A DNA stretch of 60,265 nt, the filler included. It is 4 parts of 4 records of this genome, joined end to end, with 100 filler letters (N's around TTAATTAATTAA, not from the genome) between each part and the next. Parts side by side here need not be neighbours in the genome. Positions count along the whole stretch, not along the records: positions 29,730 to 36,070 come from DRR378314_2580; positions 36,171 to 60,265 come from DRR378314_2581; 2 more parts are not named here. The stretch is one strand, 5' to 3'. Every line of letters starts with the position of its first letter. The first letter of the stretch is position 1. The translations under genes were made by a program, and so were the position numbers. Positions 29,933-39,884 of this stretch are shown one piece after another. The notes beneath the pieces are model-generated. The model had not been told where the DNA came from, ran no database searches, and worked only from the letters and a program-made list of their open reading frames with translations.

Positions 29933-31614
29933 CTTTGCCGAACCACTTAGCGCATCATTGGAAAACGCTTTTGTTTTCGCTTCTCGTTCGCAAACCTGAA
30001 CGAAATAAGGGGAAACGAGACGCGAAAACGATAACAACAACCAAAATAGAGTCCATGAGATGGTAAAGATCATCCGCAGACACAGTACTTTCACGATACT
30101 TCATCTAGGAATTCGTTTTCTCTCTTATTGAAGTCTTAAGAAAAGGAAATCTCATTCTCCTGTTCATTTCACTTTTGTTCCTCTCTGATAAGGATTTCCA
30201 TCATATTCTAATCTATTCTCATCACGATAAACGAGATACAAACAGCAAGCTTTACCTTGAAACGCTCCATATCAGACTCAATGAGCTTCTTTGCCGCTGT
30301 AATTTCACTCTTATCCTTGATTTCCGGATTTGAGATCCAGTTCTTCAGTTGATCACGAAGTCTTTCGTGATTCCGATTCACAAACAAAAAACGAGAGAGG
30401 AAAACGTAAGAAATAGCGTAAAAGAGGGATATTAAGAAAACATCACGTACACACACGTCATTCTTCGTAGCGTAAGAGAGACAGAAGGGATAGAAAGGGG
30501 AAAGACATCAATTCCAAGGGTTAATGAATCGTTTCTGAGGACTCTTCTTTCCTTATTGAACAAAGCTGAACAGGAACATCAAAACAACATTGGAAATCAC
30601 ACAGAAAATTATGACTCAACAATACTCGACATCGAACTCGTTCGCTTTTCGATTCTACGACAGGATGATGCATTTATCCGTTGTGTATACTAAGCAAAGG
30701 GAAATGGAGGTCATTCTATGGAAAGAGAGCGGAAAAGGTGAAGGGAATTCGAAGAGAAAAGGAGCAAATGCAACACGATACGGTTCCGCGAGTACTTGAT
30801 GTCGAATTCGAGCGTCACTGTCGGAAGAAACACTCCACGCACTTCACGTATTCTTCGCACCACAGGGTACCAACTACTTCCTCTTCACAAGAGAACGACA
30901 AAAATAGGAGCTAAAGAAACGCGTGATGGGAAATGCAACGTGAAAACTATTGTTCTTGGAGCTGGAGCAACATAATTCTTACAAAACCTAATACTGGAGA
31001 ATAACCGAACTCAAACTACCGAAAAAGCAGCAAAAAGGAAACCTGCGAGTCTACTTGACAACACTCTCTTCACGCTCTCGCCGTGTTCGGCTCCTTGTTT
31101 TCGACACAAAATAGCTCTGCCCTGCCATGCTCGCGTTGTTTCGCTTGCTATGACACACCGTTGTTGCTTTTTGAGCTCTTTTTTCAGATCGGCTTCATGC
31201 TTGAGCATTAGGTCTCTGCTTTCCGCAGCGTAGACTTTATCCCACAAAGCCTGAAAAACTTCTGCTCCTTCCTGGATTTTCTTCAGCGTTCTCTCGATCT
31301 CCGCTGGAAAGAAGAATGGAACAAGCACCGTAGAACACCCGACACCACCGTTTGTAAATACCACATTAACATAACTGAAACCCATACACGACACCACATG
31401 TGCGCGTTGAGGCACATCGCAAGCATGTTCCATCGCGTTTTGAGGCGGTAGTTTCCGCGCTGTCGATGTGGCGCGGCTATGAGCGCGGAAAGCCCCCTTT
31501 TTTCCCACCGCCGCGAGAGACAAGCGACAAGCAAGTACAACCACAGCCAGGAGTACGTCAATCATCGGGCTGCATGCTATCCTACAGTATACCTTGCAAC
31601 TTTCTTGTCGTCAT
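29933..31614 (-). CDS. CNOT3: CCR4-NOT subunit CNOT3/Not3/Not5, spliced eukaryotic gene, 3'-truncated
   Basis: Exons 31614-31593, 31303-31159, 30361-30256 and 29995-29933 with GT-AG introns join in frame (336 nt). The product MTTRKLQAEIERTLKKIQEG...EADLKKELKKQQRLRDQLKNWI...MERFKVCEREAKTKAFS matches the Not3 N-terminal domain. Confidence 0.93.
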
Positions 31615-32312
31615 GATTGCAATACTGTTGCGGCCAGAAGCCGGCCTCGGAGGAGGAGAGGAGCACAAGAGGAAACACGCAGCTTGCGCGCAGAGCGAGC
31701 GAGGAAGCGCGACACGTCCCCGCGCGTTAACCGCGCGCCGCTCGGTTCTGAGTACGAGTGCGCAGCACGGCACTGGAAGTAAACCTAGTTAAATCAAATA
31801 TAATCGTAGTCAAACTAATGACGGTTCACTCGCGATGAGGATGTCATACACCTAGTAGCATGAATGCTGTTTCTGTCAAAGTGATTGAGGCAAAACTAAG
31901 AAAATGTCTCTTCTACGAGCGGGCGAATGATTTGCCGCGATTGATCAATTTCCACAGTTGAGATGGTAAGAATACCCAAGATTAGTTTATAGTTCTTGAT
32001 ACAGTGACGTGACGCGCCCACGGTCGGCGCTTGTACGCGAAACCGCGCCTCCTCCACAGCTCACAGGTTCTCGCAGCGCTCCACGACAGGCCTCTGGCAA
32101 CGTGCGAAACCCCAGCGCCGAACTGACAGGCGGCGCTGTGCTGTGCCGTGTGCGCTGTAGCGGCGCACCGTCGTGCAAGAGCGCGCACTGGGGCGAAGCG
32201 CGAACTTGTGCTTCCTCACTGCCGAAGCGGCGTTCCGGCTCCTTCACTTCGCTTGAGGCGTGCCCGTTTTTTCTATCGAGGTTTTCCACACACCTGACGT
32301 GGCTTTGTCAGC

Positions 32313-35300
32313 ATGGGTGCCTCCGAATCCAAGCTTAGGATTCGCGAAATGGCAGAGGAGCTTCGTACGAGCTCCATTCCGGTACGTGTTGGCGTTGTGC
32401 AGCGGTGCTTGCCGTACGAGAAGTGCGGCCGAGGGGCCAAGAGCTGCTTCGCTCCTGCGGTCGTTACCGTCGTCGCACCTGTTTCCCGCACCGCTGCCGC
32501 CGCATTGCGCTCTCCAAGGCGGCGAGAAGGAATCTGTTCCATAGATTTACGCGTACGCGTCTGAATCCGTTTTCTTCGCAAAGAGAGAACGGCGGGCTCG
32601 TTGTTGCGTATCTGCCGTGGGTTAGCGAGGGAGGTGAGCTGCTCGCTGCCGCGTCGAGGTTCCTCCGTGTTCCGCCTGCGCGCTGGTCCGCGCTGCAGCT
32701 CGTGCAAAGGACACGCCGTTGATAATGACACGCTCATTGCGACAGAGAAATAGGGGCAGAAGTATCTCGTCAGGCTACGCACTGCGTACTGTGCAGGCAG
32801 TTTTTGTGCCAGAAATCTGTGGCTGTCGCAGCAATGAAGCGACTGCGCTTCATTTTGCATGCAACGCACAGACGTAAGTCGCTTCAACAGCTGGCGGGCG
32901 GCGGCAGGGCATGACATATGTCACTTTGTGAAAGAAGCATTGCAAGACTGAACGTACTGTTGGAAGTAGACGCGATCTGCCAGCGCAGCCTCTGCGCGCC
33001 GACTGTGCCTACGCGACTGCTGCTCGTGCTCGCCTTCGTTGCTAAGGGCGCGGATGCTTGTATTTCTGCAGTTTATGACGTCCTCTATTTCCAAAGAATG
33101 TCTCTGTCTGTGGTATCGTCGTCTGACTTATCCCTATGGGTTGTGTTGCGGATTTCTTCTGCCAGCCGGAGCGCGAGCAGAGCTGGTGGGCTCCTTTGTG
33201 GGAAGCCCCAGCGAACCGTCAGGAGGTATTCACTCTCATTACACAAGAAACCGTTCGCCAGATTGTGGAGAAGCAGCCGCAGAACATCTCTCTCATAATT
33301 GAACAGGTATGGAACTAAATGATACTGAATGGTACTGGTGACTGGAATGTGAGGCTTGCAGTGGGTGGCGTTTGTTCGTCCTGCAGGTAGAGGTCGTTGC
33401 TGCGTCGACGCGCAGATGTACTTTACTTGCGCTTTGCTTACGACTTCTTCACTACCGCACAACGACACGGCACGGGACCGCGCGCTATGAGCGGTCTTTC
33501 GCGACACTGCATCTCCGGTATTGATTGTTGCGCTAGGTGCGCACTGTAGGAGGGTCAGCTGTGCTTCGTGGCAACGGAAGTGCTGAGCTTGTAAAGGGAA
33601 TGGGAGTGTGCCAGTGGAGCGTCGTTCGTGCCTCTGGCCGCCCGTTGTGCTGTTTTGTCGTACTTGTGCCGGCTGTCTTCTTTCGTTTGTGTTCGAATTG
33701 CCTCCCACGGTTCATCTTCGCTTGTTTGCGATAGTTCCATTCCAAGATCGCTTATGCGATATTGTCTCGCGAGGGCGCCCTTGCTGAACGATGGCGTCGT
33801 CGTTCTCCTGGTGCCCGTAATTGCGCCGGATCTCGTCTCCCTGTTCCGGTGGTTTGTTCTGCTGGCAGTCGGTGTCCGAGATACTGCTGACCTGGTCGCG
33901 CGTCTCACGAATTGCGCGCTTGCTGTGCCACTGCCTTCCTCGCTTGTAGCTCGTGACGCGCATTGAAGCGTGTGAACGAGATCTCATAACAGAATACCAA
34001 GGGCAGATTGCTTCGCATCTGCTCAACAGCATTCGCTGCCTTACAAGGATTCTCTCCGTTCGGATGGAAACTGTACGTTTTTCCACGTCAATGAAGCCGT
34101 GCTGCTTCCCGTTTCCACAATCTCGCCCTTCGCTCCCGAAGGGCTCATTTGCCTCTTTTTTCAGAATCTTGACGATTTGAAAATTGTACCAGAAAGGAAT
34201 GCGTTAATATTGTGGTAAGGTTTTGCAAAAAATGTGATTTTGCTTGCCTAATGTGACCTTTTTCTTTGGTGCTACAGCGGGGGGAAGCGAAAGGAACGCC
34301 CCTTGTATACCCGTTGTGCGCGTATGTGCGGCAAGTAACTCACGGCTGTTCCCGCACGAGCCAGCCGCAGCAGGGAAGAGTACCCGGCGATGGTGATGTA
34401 ACAGAGATCATTATTTTGACAAAAGGATGTAGAGGAGGATAACTGAATTCATGTGCGATTTGCGCTGCTTGTTTCTCTCCTGGTCCGTCTTGCTCTGCAG
34501 AGCCAGGAGAATGCGGTGCTTGACGAAACGCTGCTCGAGCGGACCGCAGAGGCCCTTCTCCGCGCTCTCTTTGTCCCCCAAGTGACGGTGGTGCGTTGGC
34601 GCTTGCTTTTCTATCCCTCTACTATGCTCTCATGTATATCACAGGATAGTCTGCGCTTTGTCTGCGTGACATATTGGCGGATTATTGTTCTTGGGTGACC
34701 CGTTGCCAGTGCCTGCAGCGAGTGCTTGTTCCTTACGACGCTGCACGGGAGCTTGTTGCGCGGGATCGTTTCCATTTTTGGTATCCATGTGTCTCAAGGA
34801 GGCAACGCGCGTATAAGCGCTGTACTCTCACCTACAGCACCCTCTCTTCCCTTGCACACCACGGTATTTCCTTGCATATCAGCACACAGCAAATAATTTC
34901 CGCGATGATATGTAAACGGACGAATCTTTCCTTGGCGGTCTGGGACGATGGGAGCAGCTTCAATAGCGAGTTTTGGGGGGTGCTCGACTGGGTTTCGTTT
35001 TTGTACTGCGTACTCTTCCTCCTTCTGCGCACTTCGCGTCTGCCGTCATCGCCACCAAGGAACTTTTCCTCGCAAATTTCTGCCGCATTCACTCTCCCCA
35101 ACAAATGTATCGTTCGTTACAGGACGCGCTTTCTTCTCCATCCACTTCGTTTATGGATTATGTGTGGACTGCCGGAGTCGTTGTACACAAGGCGAAACAG
35201 GTGCGAGCGAACTCTCGACCCGCGCCTAGGGCTCTGCACCGCGTTTCTCCTTGAGCTTGTCGAGCCACGATCTCTGTGCGAAGTGCGATGCATTGAATGT

Positions 35301-35928
35301 GATGAGACATATATGGTAGCTGCTTAGAATCGCGAGCCAGCGAATTTGAGGTGCGGGTCAACGGGAATGTGAACTAGGACTTGGCGGGCGGAGATGAGGG
35401 CAGCGGTTCCCGCCACGTTGTTCTCGTTGTTCTCCTGAGCACCTGTATTGCTGTCCCGTGCGCAAGTTTGCCTGCGAGTGCTCGTTTCCTGCGCTCCGCA
35501 TTACATTGCTTTCCCTGGTTTTCATGCACCGTGTGCGGATGTTTTTTTTTCTTTTCACCAGGAGCAGCTCGTCGCCTCGGTATCGTACTGGCTCGATAAC
35601 GCACTTTGCTTCTCGGGTGACCCCCTTTTTTTAGTCTTGAATGCAGCATCGCGTACACAATTCGTTCCTTTTCGCACGTCAGAAAAAGAAAACGTGTTGA
35701 TCTCATGATATGCTTTGAATTCGTGTTTCGATGATGCTCTATCGTTTCTTTCTCTGCAGGTGGATTCTTTCAAGTATGATATTGCTAGGTATGCAATCTG
35801 GCTTCCGCGTTTATCCGCCAGCACAAGGTGCTGCACAGACGTTTCCACCTGCTTTGCAGCCGAAGATCAGGATTCAGCCATATTTCTAATCTGCTCGATC
35901 TTGAATACCGTTGCGATTCATGACGCAT
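32313..35928 (+). CDS. HID1: HID1/Ecm30 (dymeclin-like) family protein, spliced eukaryotic gene, 3'-incomplete
   Basis: Exons 32313-32381, 33166-33306, 33950-34072, 34501-34590, 35123-35200 and 35760-~35928. The peptides MGASESKL, LLNSIRCLTRIL, LLRALFVPQVTV, DYVWTAGV and SILNTVAIHD follow the order of the recalled HID1 segments MGSTDSKL, VLNCSRLLTRVL, DLLFCPDFTV, EYIWEAGV and SLLNTVCAYD. The last exon boundary is uncertain. Confidence 0.8.
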
Positions 35929-36070
35929 GTCGCGCACTTTCCTTCCTCGGCGTATTCTCTGCAATAGAGTGATGAGGAAGAAAGAGCGATGTAGCAGCAT
36001 TGGGTAGGCTGTTTCATTTAGAACGTGTACGCGCAGGTTACCCGGATTTCCGTTTCTTTCCACGTCTCTC

Positions 36071-36170
36071 NNNNNNNNNNNNNNNNNNNNNNNNNNNNNN
36101 NNNNNNNNNNNNNNTTAATTAATTAANNNNNNNNNNNNNNNNNNNNNNNNNNNNNNNNNNNNNNNNNNNN
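36071..36170. other. Artificial contig spacer
   Basis: N44-TTAATTAATTAA-N44. Confidence 0.99.
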
Positions 36171-36330
36171 GGTAATTAATTTTTGACAAACTCAACACTA
36201 ATTTGTTTGAAAAGGGTGAGTTTAGATTGTAAAAGCAGGCCTTACTAGTATAAGGATCCTTGAGCAGTCTGGTAGCCCTAAACCTGTTTATCGGGGTTTG
36301 TACAAATCTTCCATCAATGTGGGCTTTTTT
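36171..36330 (+). ncRNA. ssrS: Probable 6S RNA (6S-Flavo type), 5' end likely cut by contig edge
   Basis: Lies directly upstream of rny, the usual Bacteroidota position. Long-range pairing acaaactc/gggtttgt and agggt/gccct flanks a bubble, and the segment ends in gggctttttt. Confidence 0.7.
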
Positions 36331-36353
36331 TATAAATAATTTTCAAAATAAAT

Positions 36354-37919
36354 ATGGATAGTATAGCAATAATAATAGGATTGGTTGGATTGGGAATTGG
36401 ATTTGCCATTGCGAAATTTATGGAAAAGGGAAAGGCCTCCAAAACCATAGCCAGCGCAAAAAAAGAGGCGGCAAACATAATTAAGGAAGCCAATATTGAA
36501 GGTGAAAATATTAAGAAGGATAAAATATTTCAGGCTAAGGAAAAGTTCCTGGAACTAAAGGCAGAGCACGAGAAGGTAATTATCAATAAGGATAAGAAAA
36601 TTTCAGAGGCAGAAAAACGAACAAGGGATAAAGAATCACAAGTCAGTAGTGAACTTGCAAAAGGCAAGAAATTGGGGGAGCAGCTAGAGAGTAAGCTGAA
36701 AGAGGTAGATTACAAGAGTGAATTCTTGGAAAAGAAACAATCCGAGCTTGAAAAACTTCACAAAAGCCAGGTACAACAGTTGGAGGTAATTTCCGGCCTA
36801 TCTGCCGAGGAGGCCAAATCACAGTTGTTGGAGTCCCTTAAGGATACCGCAAAATCGGATGCCATGGCCTATATTCAGACTACGGTGGAAGAAGCAAAGC
36901 TTACGGCCCAACAAGAAGCCAAGAAAATTATTATCAATACCATTCAGCGCATTGGTACCGAAGAGGCAGTGGAAAACTGTGTTTCCGTGTTTAATTTGGA
37001 ATCCGATGATGTTAAGGGAAGGATAATTGGGCGTGAAGGACGAAATATTAGGGCATTGGAAGCGGCTACAGGGGTTGAAATAATTGTAGATGATACTCCC
37101 GAGGCCATTATCCTTTCCTGTTTCGATTCTGTACGCAGGGAGGTTGCACGTTTGTCTTTGCACAAATTGGTAACAGATGGTAGGATACATCCAGCAAGAA
37201 TTGAGGAAATTGTTAAAAAGACAGAAAAGCAGATAGAGGAGGAAATTGTTGAAATTGGTAAACGTACAGTAATCGATTTAGGGATACACGGTCTGCATCC
37301 AGAATTGATCAAGGCAGTGGGTAGAATGAAGTATCGTTCTTCCTATGGCCAGAACCTATTGCAACACTCCAGGGAAGTTGCCAAACTATGTGGTGTTATG
37401 GCGGCCGAGTTGGGATTAAACCCAAAATTGGCCAAGCGTGCCGGTCTATTGCACGATATAGGAAAAGTCCCAAATACAGAGGCCGAGGTAGAAACCCCAC
37501 ATGCCATTCTTGGTATGCAATGGGCTGAAAAATTTGGAGAGAAACCTGATGTGTGCAATGCTATTGGTGCCCACCACGATGAGATTGAAATGAAAACACT
37601 TATTGCGCCAATAGTGCAAGTGTGTGATGCCATTAGCGGTGCAAGACCAGGGGCAAGAAGACAAGTGTTGGATTCATACATTCAGCGATTAAAGGATTTG
37701 GAAGATATCGCCTTCGGATTTGGTGGAGTGCAAAAGGCATACGCCATTCAGGCAGGAAGGGAATTAAGGGTTATTGTTGAAAGTGAAAAAGTGAGCGATG
37801 ACAAGGCGGCCGAGCTTTCTTTTGAAATTTCCCAAAAAATCCAAACGGACATGACTTATCCTGGTCAGGTGAAAGTTACAGTTATTAGGGAAACTAGAGC
37901 GGTAAACGTAGCCAAGTAA
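36354..37919 (+). CDS. rny: Ribonuclease Y
   Basis: N-terminal TM, coiled-coil, KH domain ([13 protein letters not shown]) and HD domain (LLHDIGK). Confidence 0.97.
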   Translation: MDSIAIIIGLVGLGIGFAIAKFMEKGKASKTIASAKKEAANIIKEANIEGENIKKDKIFQAKEKFLELKAEHEKVIINKDKKISEAEKRTRDKESQVSSELAKGKKLGEQLESKLKEVDYKSEFLEKKQSELEKLHKSQVQQLEVISGLSAEEAKSQLLESLKDTAKSDAMAYIQTTVEEAKLTAQQEAKKIIINTIQRIGTEEAVENCVSVFNLESDDVKGRIIGREGRNIRALEAATGVEIIVDDTPEAIILSCFDSVRREVARLSLHKLVTDGRIHPARIEEIVKKTEKQIEEEIVEIGKRTVIDLGIHGLHPELIKAVGRMKYRSSYGQNLLQHSREVAKLCGVMAAELGLNPKLAKRAGLLHDIGKVPNTEAEVETPHAILGMQWAEKFGEKPDVCNAIGAHHDEIEMKTLIAPIVQVCDAISGARPGARRQVLDSYIQRLKDLEDIAFGFGGVQKAYAIQAGRELRVIVESEKVSDDKAAELSFEISQKIQTDMTYPGQVKVTVIRETRAVNVAK

Positions 37920-37936
37920 TTTTGTAAGTAAATTGA

Positions 37937-37987
37937 AAAGAACTTCCCCAAAATGATTATGAAGATCGTTTTGGGGAAGTTCTTTTA
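37937..37987 (+). terminator. Intrinsic terminator of rny
   Basis: Inverted repeat aaaagaacttccccaaaa / ttttggggaagttctttt. Confidence 0.85.
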
Positions 37988-38161
37988 TTATCTATTGTAA
38001 ATAAACAAGTAGATTCTTGCCTGTCTTAATAATATTTGATGGGACAAGTATTATAGTTGGTAATGGAAACCAAATTACATTTCCCGCTATTTAATCTTAT
38101 GTTCTCCGTATCTATTCACAAGCGTGAATGTGAGCGTATAATTTAATCAGAAAATATTGTT

Positions 38162-38959
38162 ATGTGGTTAAACGCATCCTGCTTGCTTGAATTCCAAATA
38201 CCGGTTCCTACTCCGTTTTTGTTGAAGTTACGTCCGCGAAGTGGACGGAATCAGTGGGTTGCACGTGAAGAGTATATTTTGTCACCTAGCGCTCCAGTGA
38301 ACGAGTTCACGGATAACTTCGGCAATTTGTGTCAGCGACTGGTTGCACCGGCAGGGAATTTTTCAGTGCGAACATCTGCATATGTGGAAACAGCGGACTC
38401 CTCCGATACCGCTCCCAACGCTCCATTTGTGGAAGTACAACAATTGCCAGATGACACCCTTCCTTTTCTTCACCCAAGCCGGTATTGTGAGTCGGATCGA
38501 TTTACTGAAATGGCTGCATCACTTGTAAGAGGTTATTCCTCTGGTTATGATCAGTGCACTGCAATTGTTGATTATGTCCGAAACACCATACAGTACACAC
38601 CTGGAGCCGGGCAGCAGATTATAAGTGCCACAGAGTTGAACCAATTAAGCAGCGGAGTATGTAGGGATATGGCCCATTTGGGAATAGCTTGTTGCCGAGC
38701 ACTATCAATACCGGCCCGTATGGTCGTGGGATACCTTGAGGGCCTTGTTCCGATGGATTTACACGCGTGGTTCGAGGTCTATGTTGGAAATAGGTGGTAC
38801 ACACTAGATCCTACACAAGCTGATTTAAAGGGAGGTCGTATCGCAATCGCCTATGGCCGGGACGCGGCCGACGTTGCCATCTTCACCCAATTTGGAAACC
38901 CAGTGGAGATTTTAAATATGAATGTTTCAGTGGAGCAGATGTCTGGACCAAATTGCTAA
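38162..38959 (+). CDS. Transglutaminase-like putative cysteine protease
   Basis: Catalytic triad motifs GVCRD, HAW and DPT, plus SRYCESD and GRDAADV. Confidence 0.9.
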   Translation: MWLNASCLLEFQIPVPTPFLLKLRPRSGRNQWVAREEYILSPSAPVNEFTDNFGNLCQRLVAPAGNFSVRTSAYVETADSSDTAPNAPFVEVQQLPDDTLPFLHPSRYCESDRFTEMAASLVRGYSSGYDQCTAIVDYVRNTIQYTPGAGQQIISATELNQLSSGVCRDMAHLGIACCRALSIPARMVVGYLEGLVPMDLHAWFEVYVGNRWYTLDPTQADLKGGRIAIAYGRDAADVAIFTQFGNPVEILNMNVSVEQMSGPNC

Positions 38960-38974
38960 AACCCACGGAATTTT

Positions 38975-39829
38975 CTATTCTTTTTTGTAGGGTCTGCTTA
39001 TGGTTTTGTTGTTGTACATGGCCAATTCTTCTAAAGCCGTTTCTGTCCATTCATCCCAATAGGATTGTTGTGATAGATCACTATATACAGCCGTGTCGTA
39101 TGCCTCCTGTTTTAATTGAAGTTCTTTGTTTACTTCATTCCCTATGCGCTCTACATTCTTTATCAAGTCCTTAAAACTCTTAACCTCAAGGTGTAGTCTT
39201 TGAATAAACTTCCTAGCGTAGAGTTCGGTAATGTCAAAATGCAACTGTTCGTGATTTAATACTAGGGATTGGCTCTTATTATTTTTAAAATAGGATAGCT
39301 CACAATCGAAATAGGTATCTACTTCTATAATAATTGTGTTTTCTTCTGATTTTACGCTGGTAGTATAACCAAAATAGGCATTTGTGGCAGCAACAAAGGG
39401 TTTGTCTTTAGTTGATCCCTTAAAATCTCTTACTTTAAGTTTTCTATTGGTATTCCAGAGAATTTCCTTTTCAAAGGCTTCTGGATTGGGAACGGAATAG
39501 ATATTTCCTCTAATTCTATGACAAGGATTTAATATGGCGTTAGGGAGCTTGTGTCTTGTTATAAATATTAAATTGCCGCCAATTTCTTTTGCTTCTTTTT
39601 GTGCTGCCCGTTTAACTTGTCGAAGATTGCAATCCCCGCTAAAGCCATTATGCTTGGTAGCTATGGTGCCGATAAGTAGGGAATCGTTGAGGTTTGGATC
39701 CTCTTTTGTAATAACAAATACCAAATTTGGTTCCGGTAACTGGTTGGAAAGGGGACCGGCTGTTTCTTTTACAACTATTCTAGGCGTACCACAGCTTGTT
39801 AGCGAAATAACAAACCATAAAGCCATCAT
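38975..39829 (-). CDS. Lipoprotein with C-terminal DUF922-like HExxH domain
   Basis: Lipobox LTSC, W...RKL...DFKG and LNHEQLHFDITELYARK. Confidence 0.7.
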   Translation of the reverse strand: MMALWFVISLTSCGTPRIVVKETAGPLSNQLPEPNLVFVITKEDPNLNDSLLIGTIATKHNGFSGDCNLRQVKRAAQKEAKEIGGNLIFITRHKLPNAILNPCHRIRGNIYSVPNPEAFEKEILWNTNRKLKVRDFKGSTKDKPFVAATNAYFGYTTSVKSEENTIIIEVDTYFDCELSYFKNNKSQSLVLNHEQLHFDITELYARKFIQRLHLEVKSFKDLIKNVERIGNEVNKELQLKQEAYDTAVYSDLSQQSYWDEWTETALEELAMYNNKTISRPYKKE

Positions 39830-39884
39830 TACACTAACCTTATTTCTATTAATGTGCTTATTTTTTTATTGTTAAGATAGAGGT

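Noticed and set aside
31569..32863. TGCATGC(A) words suggesting an apicomplexan source
   Set aside because: Only about two occurrences were seen, which is compatible with chance. The eukaryote's taxonomy cannot be assigned from this.
34719..34780. Possible HID1 exon RVLVPYDAARELVARDRFHFW
   Set aside because: It would end in phase 2 and break the frame. The exon at 35123-35200 (DYVWTAGV) matches the family motif better and keeps phase 0.
29873..36063. Dozens of short-to-medium unspliced ORFs in contig 3, considered as a phage or accessory island
   Set aside because: They are Arg/Ser/Cys-rich random-like translations. The only protein-like parts are the exons of the two spliced genes.
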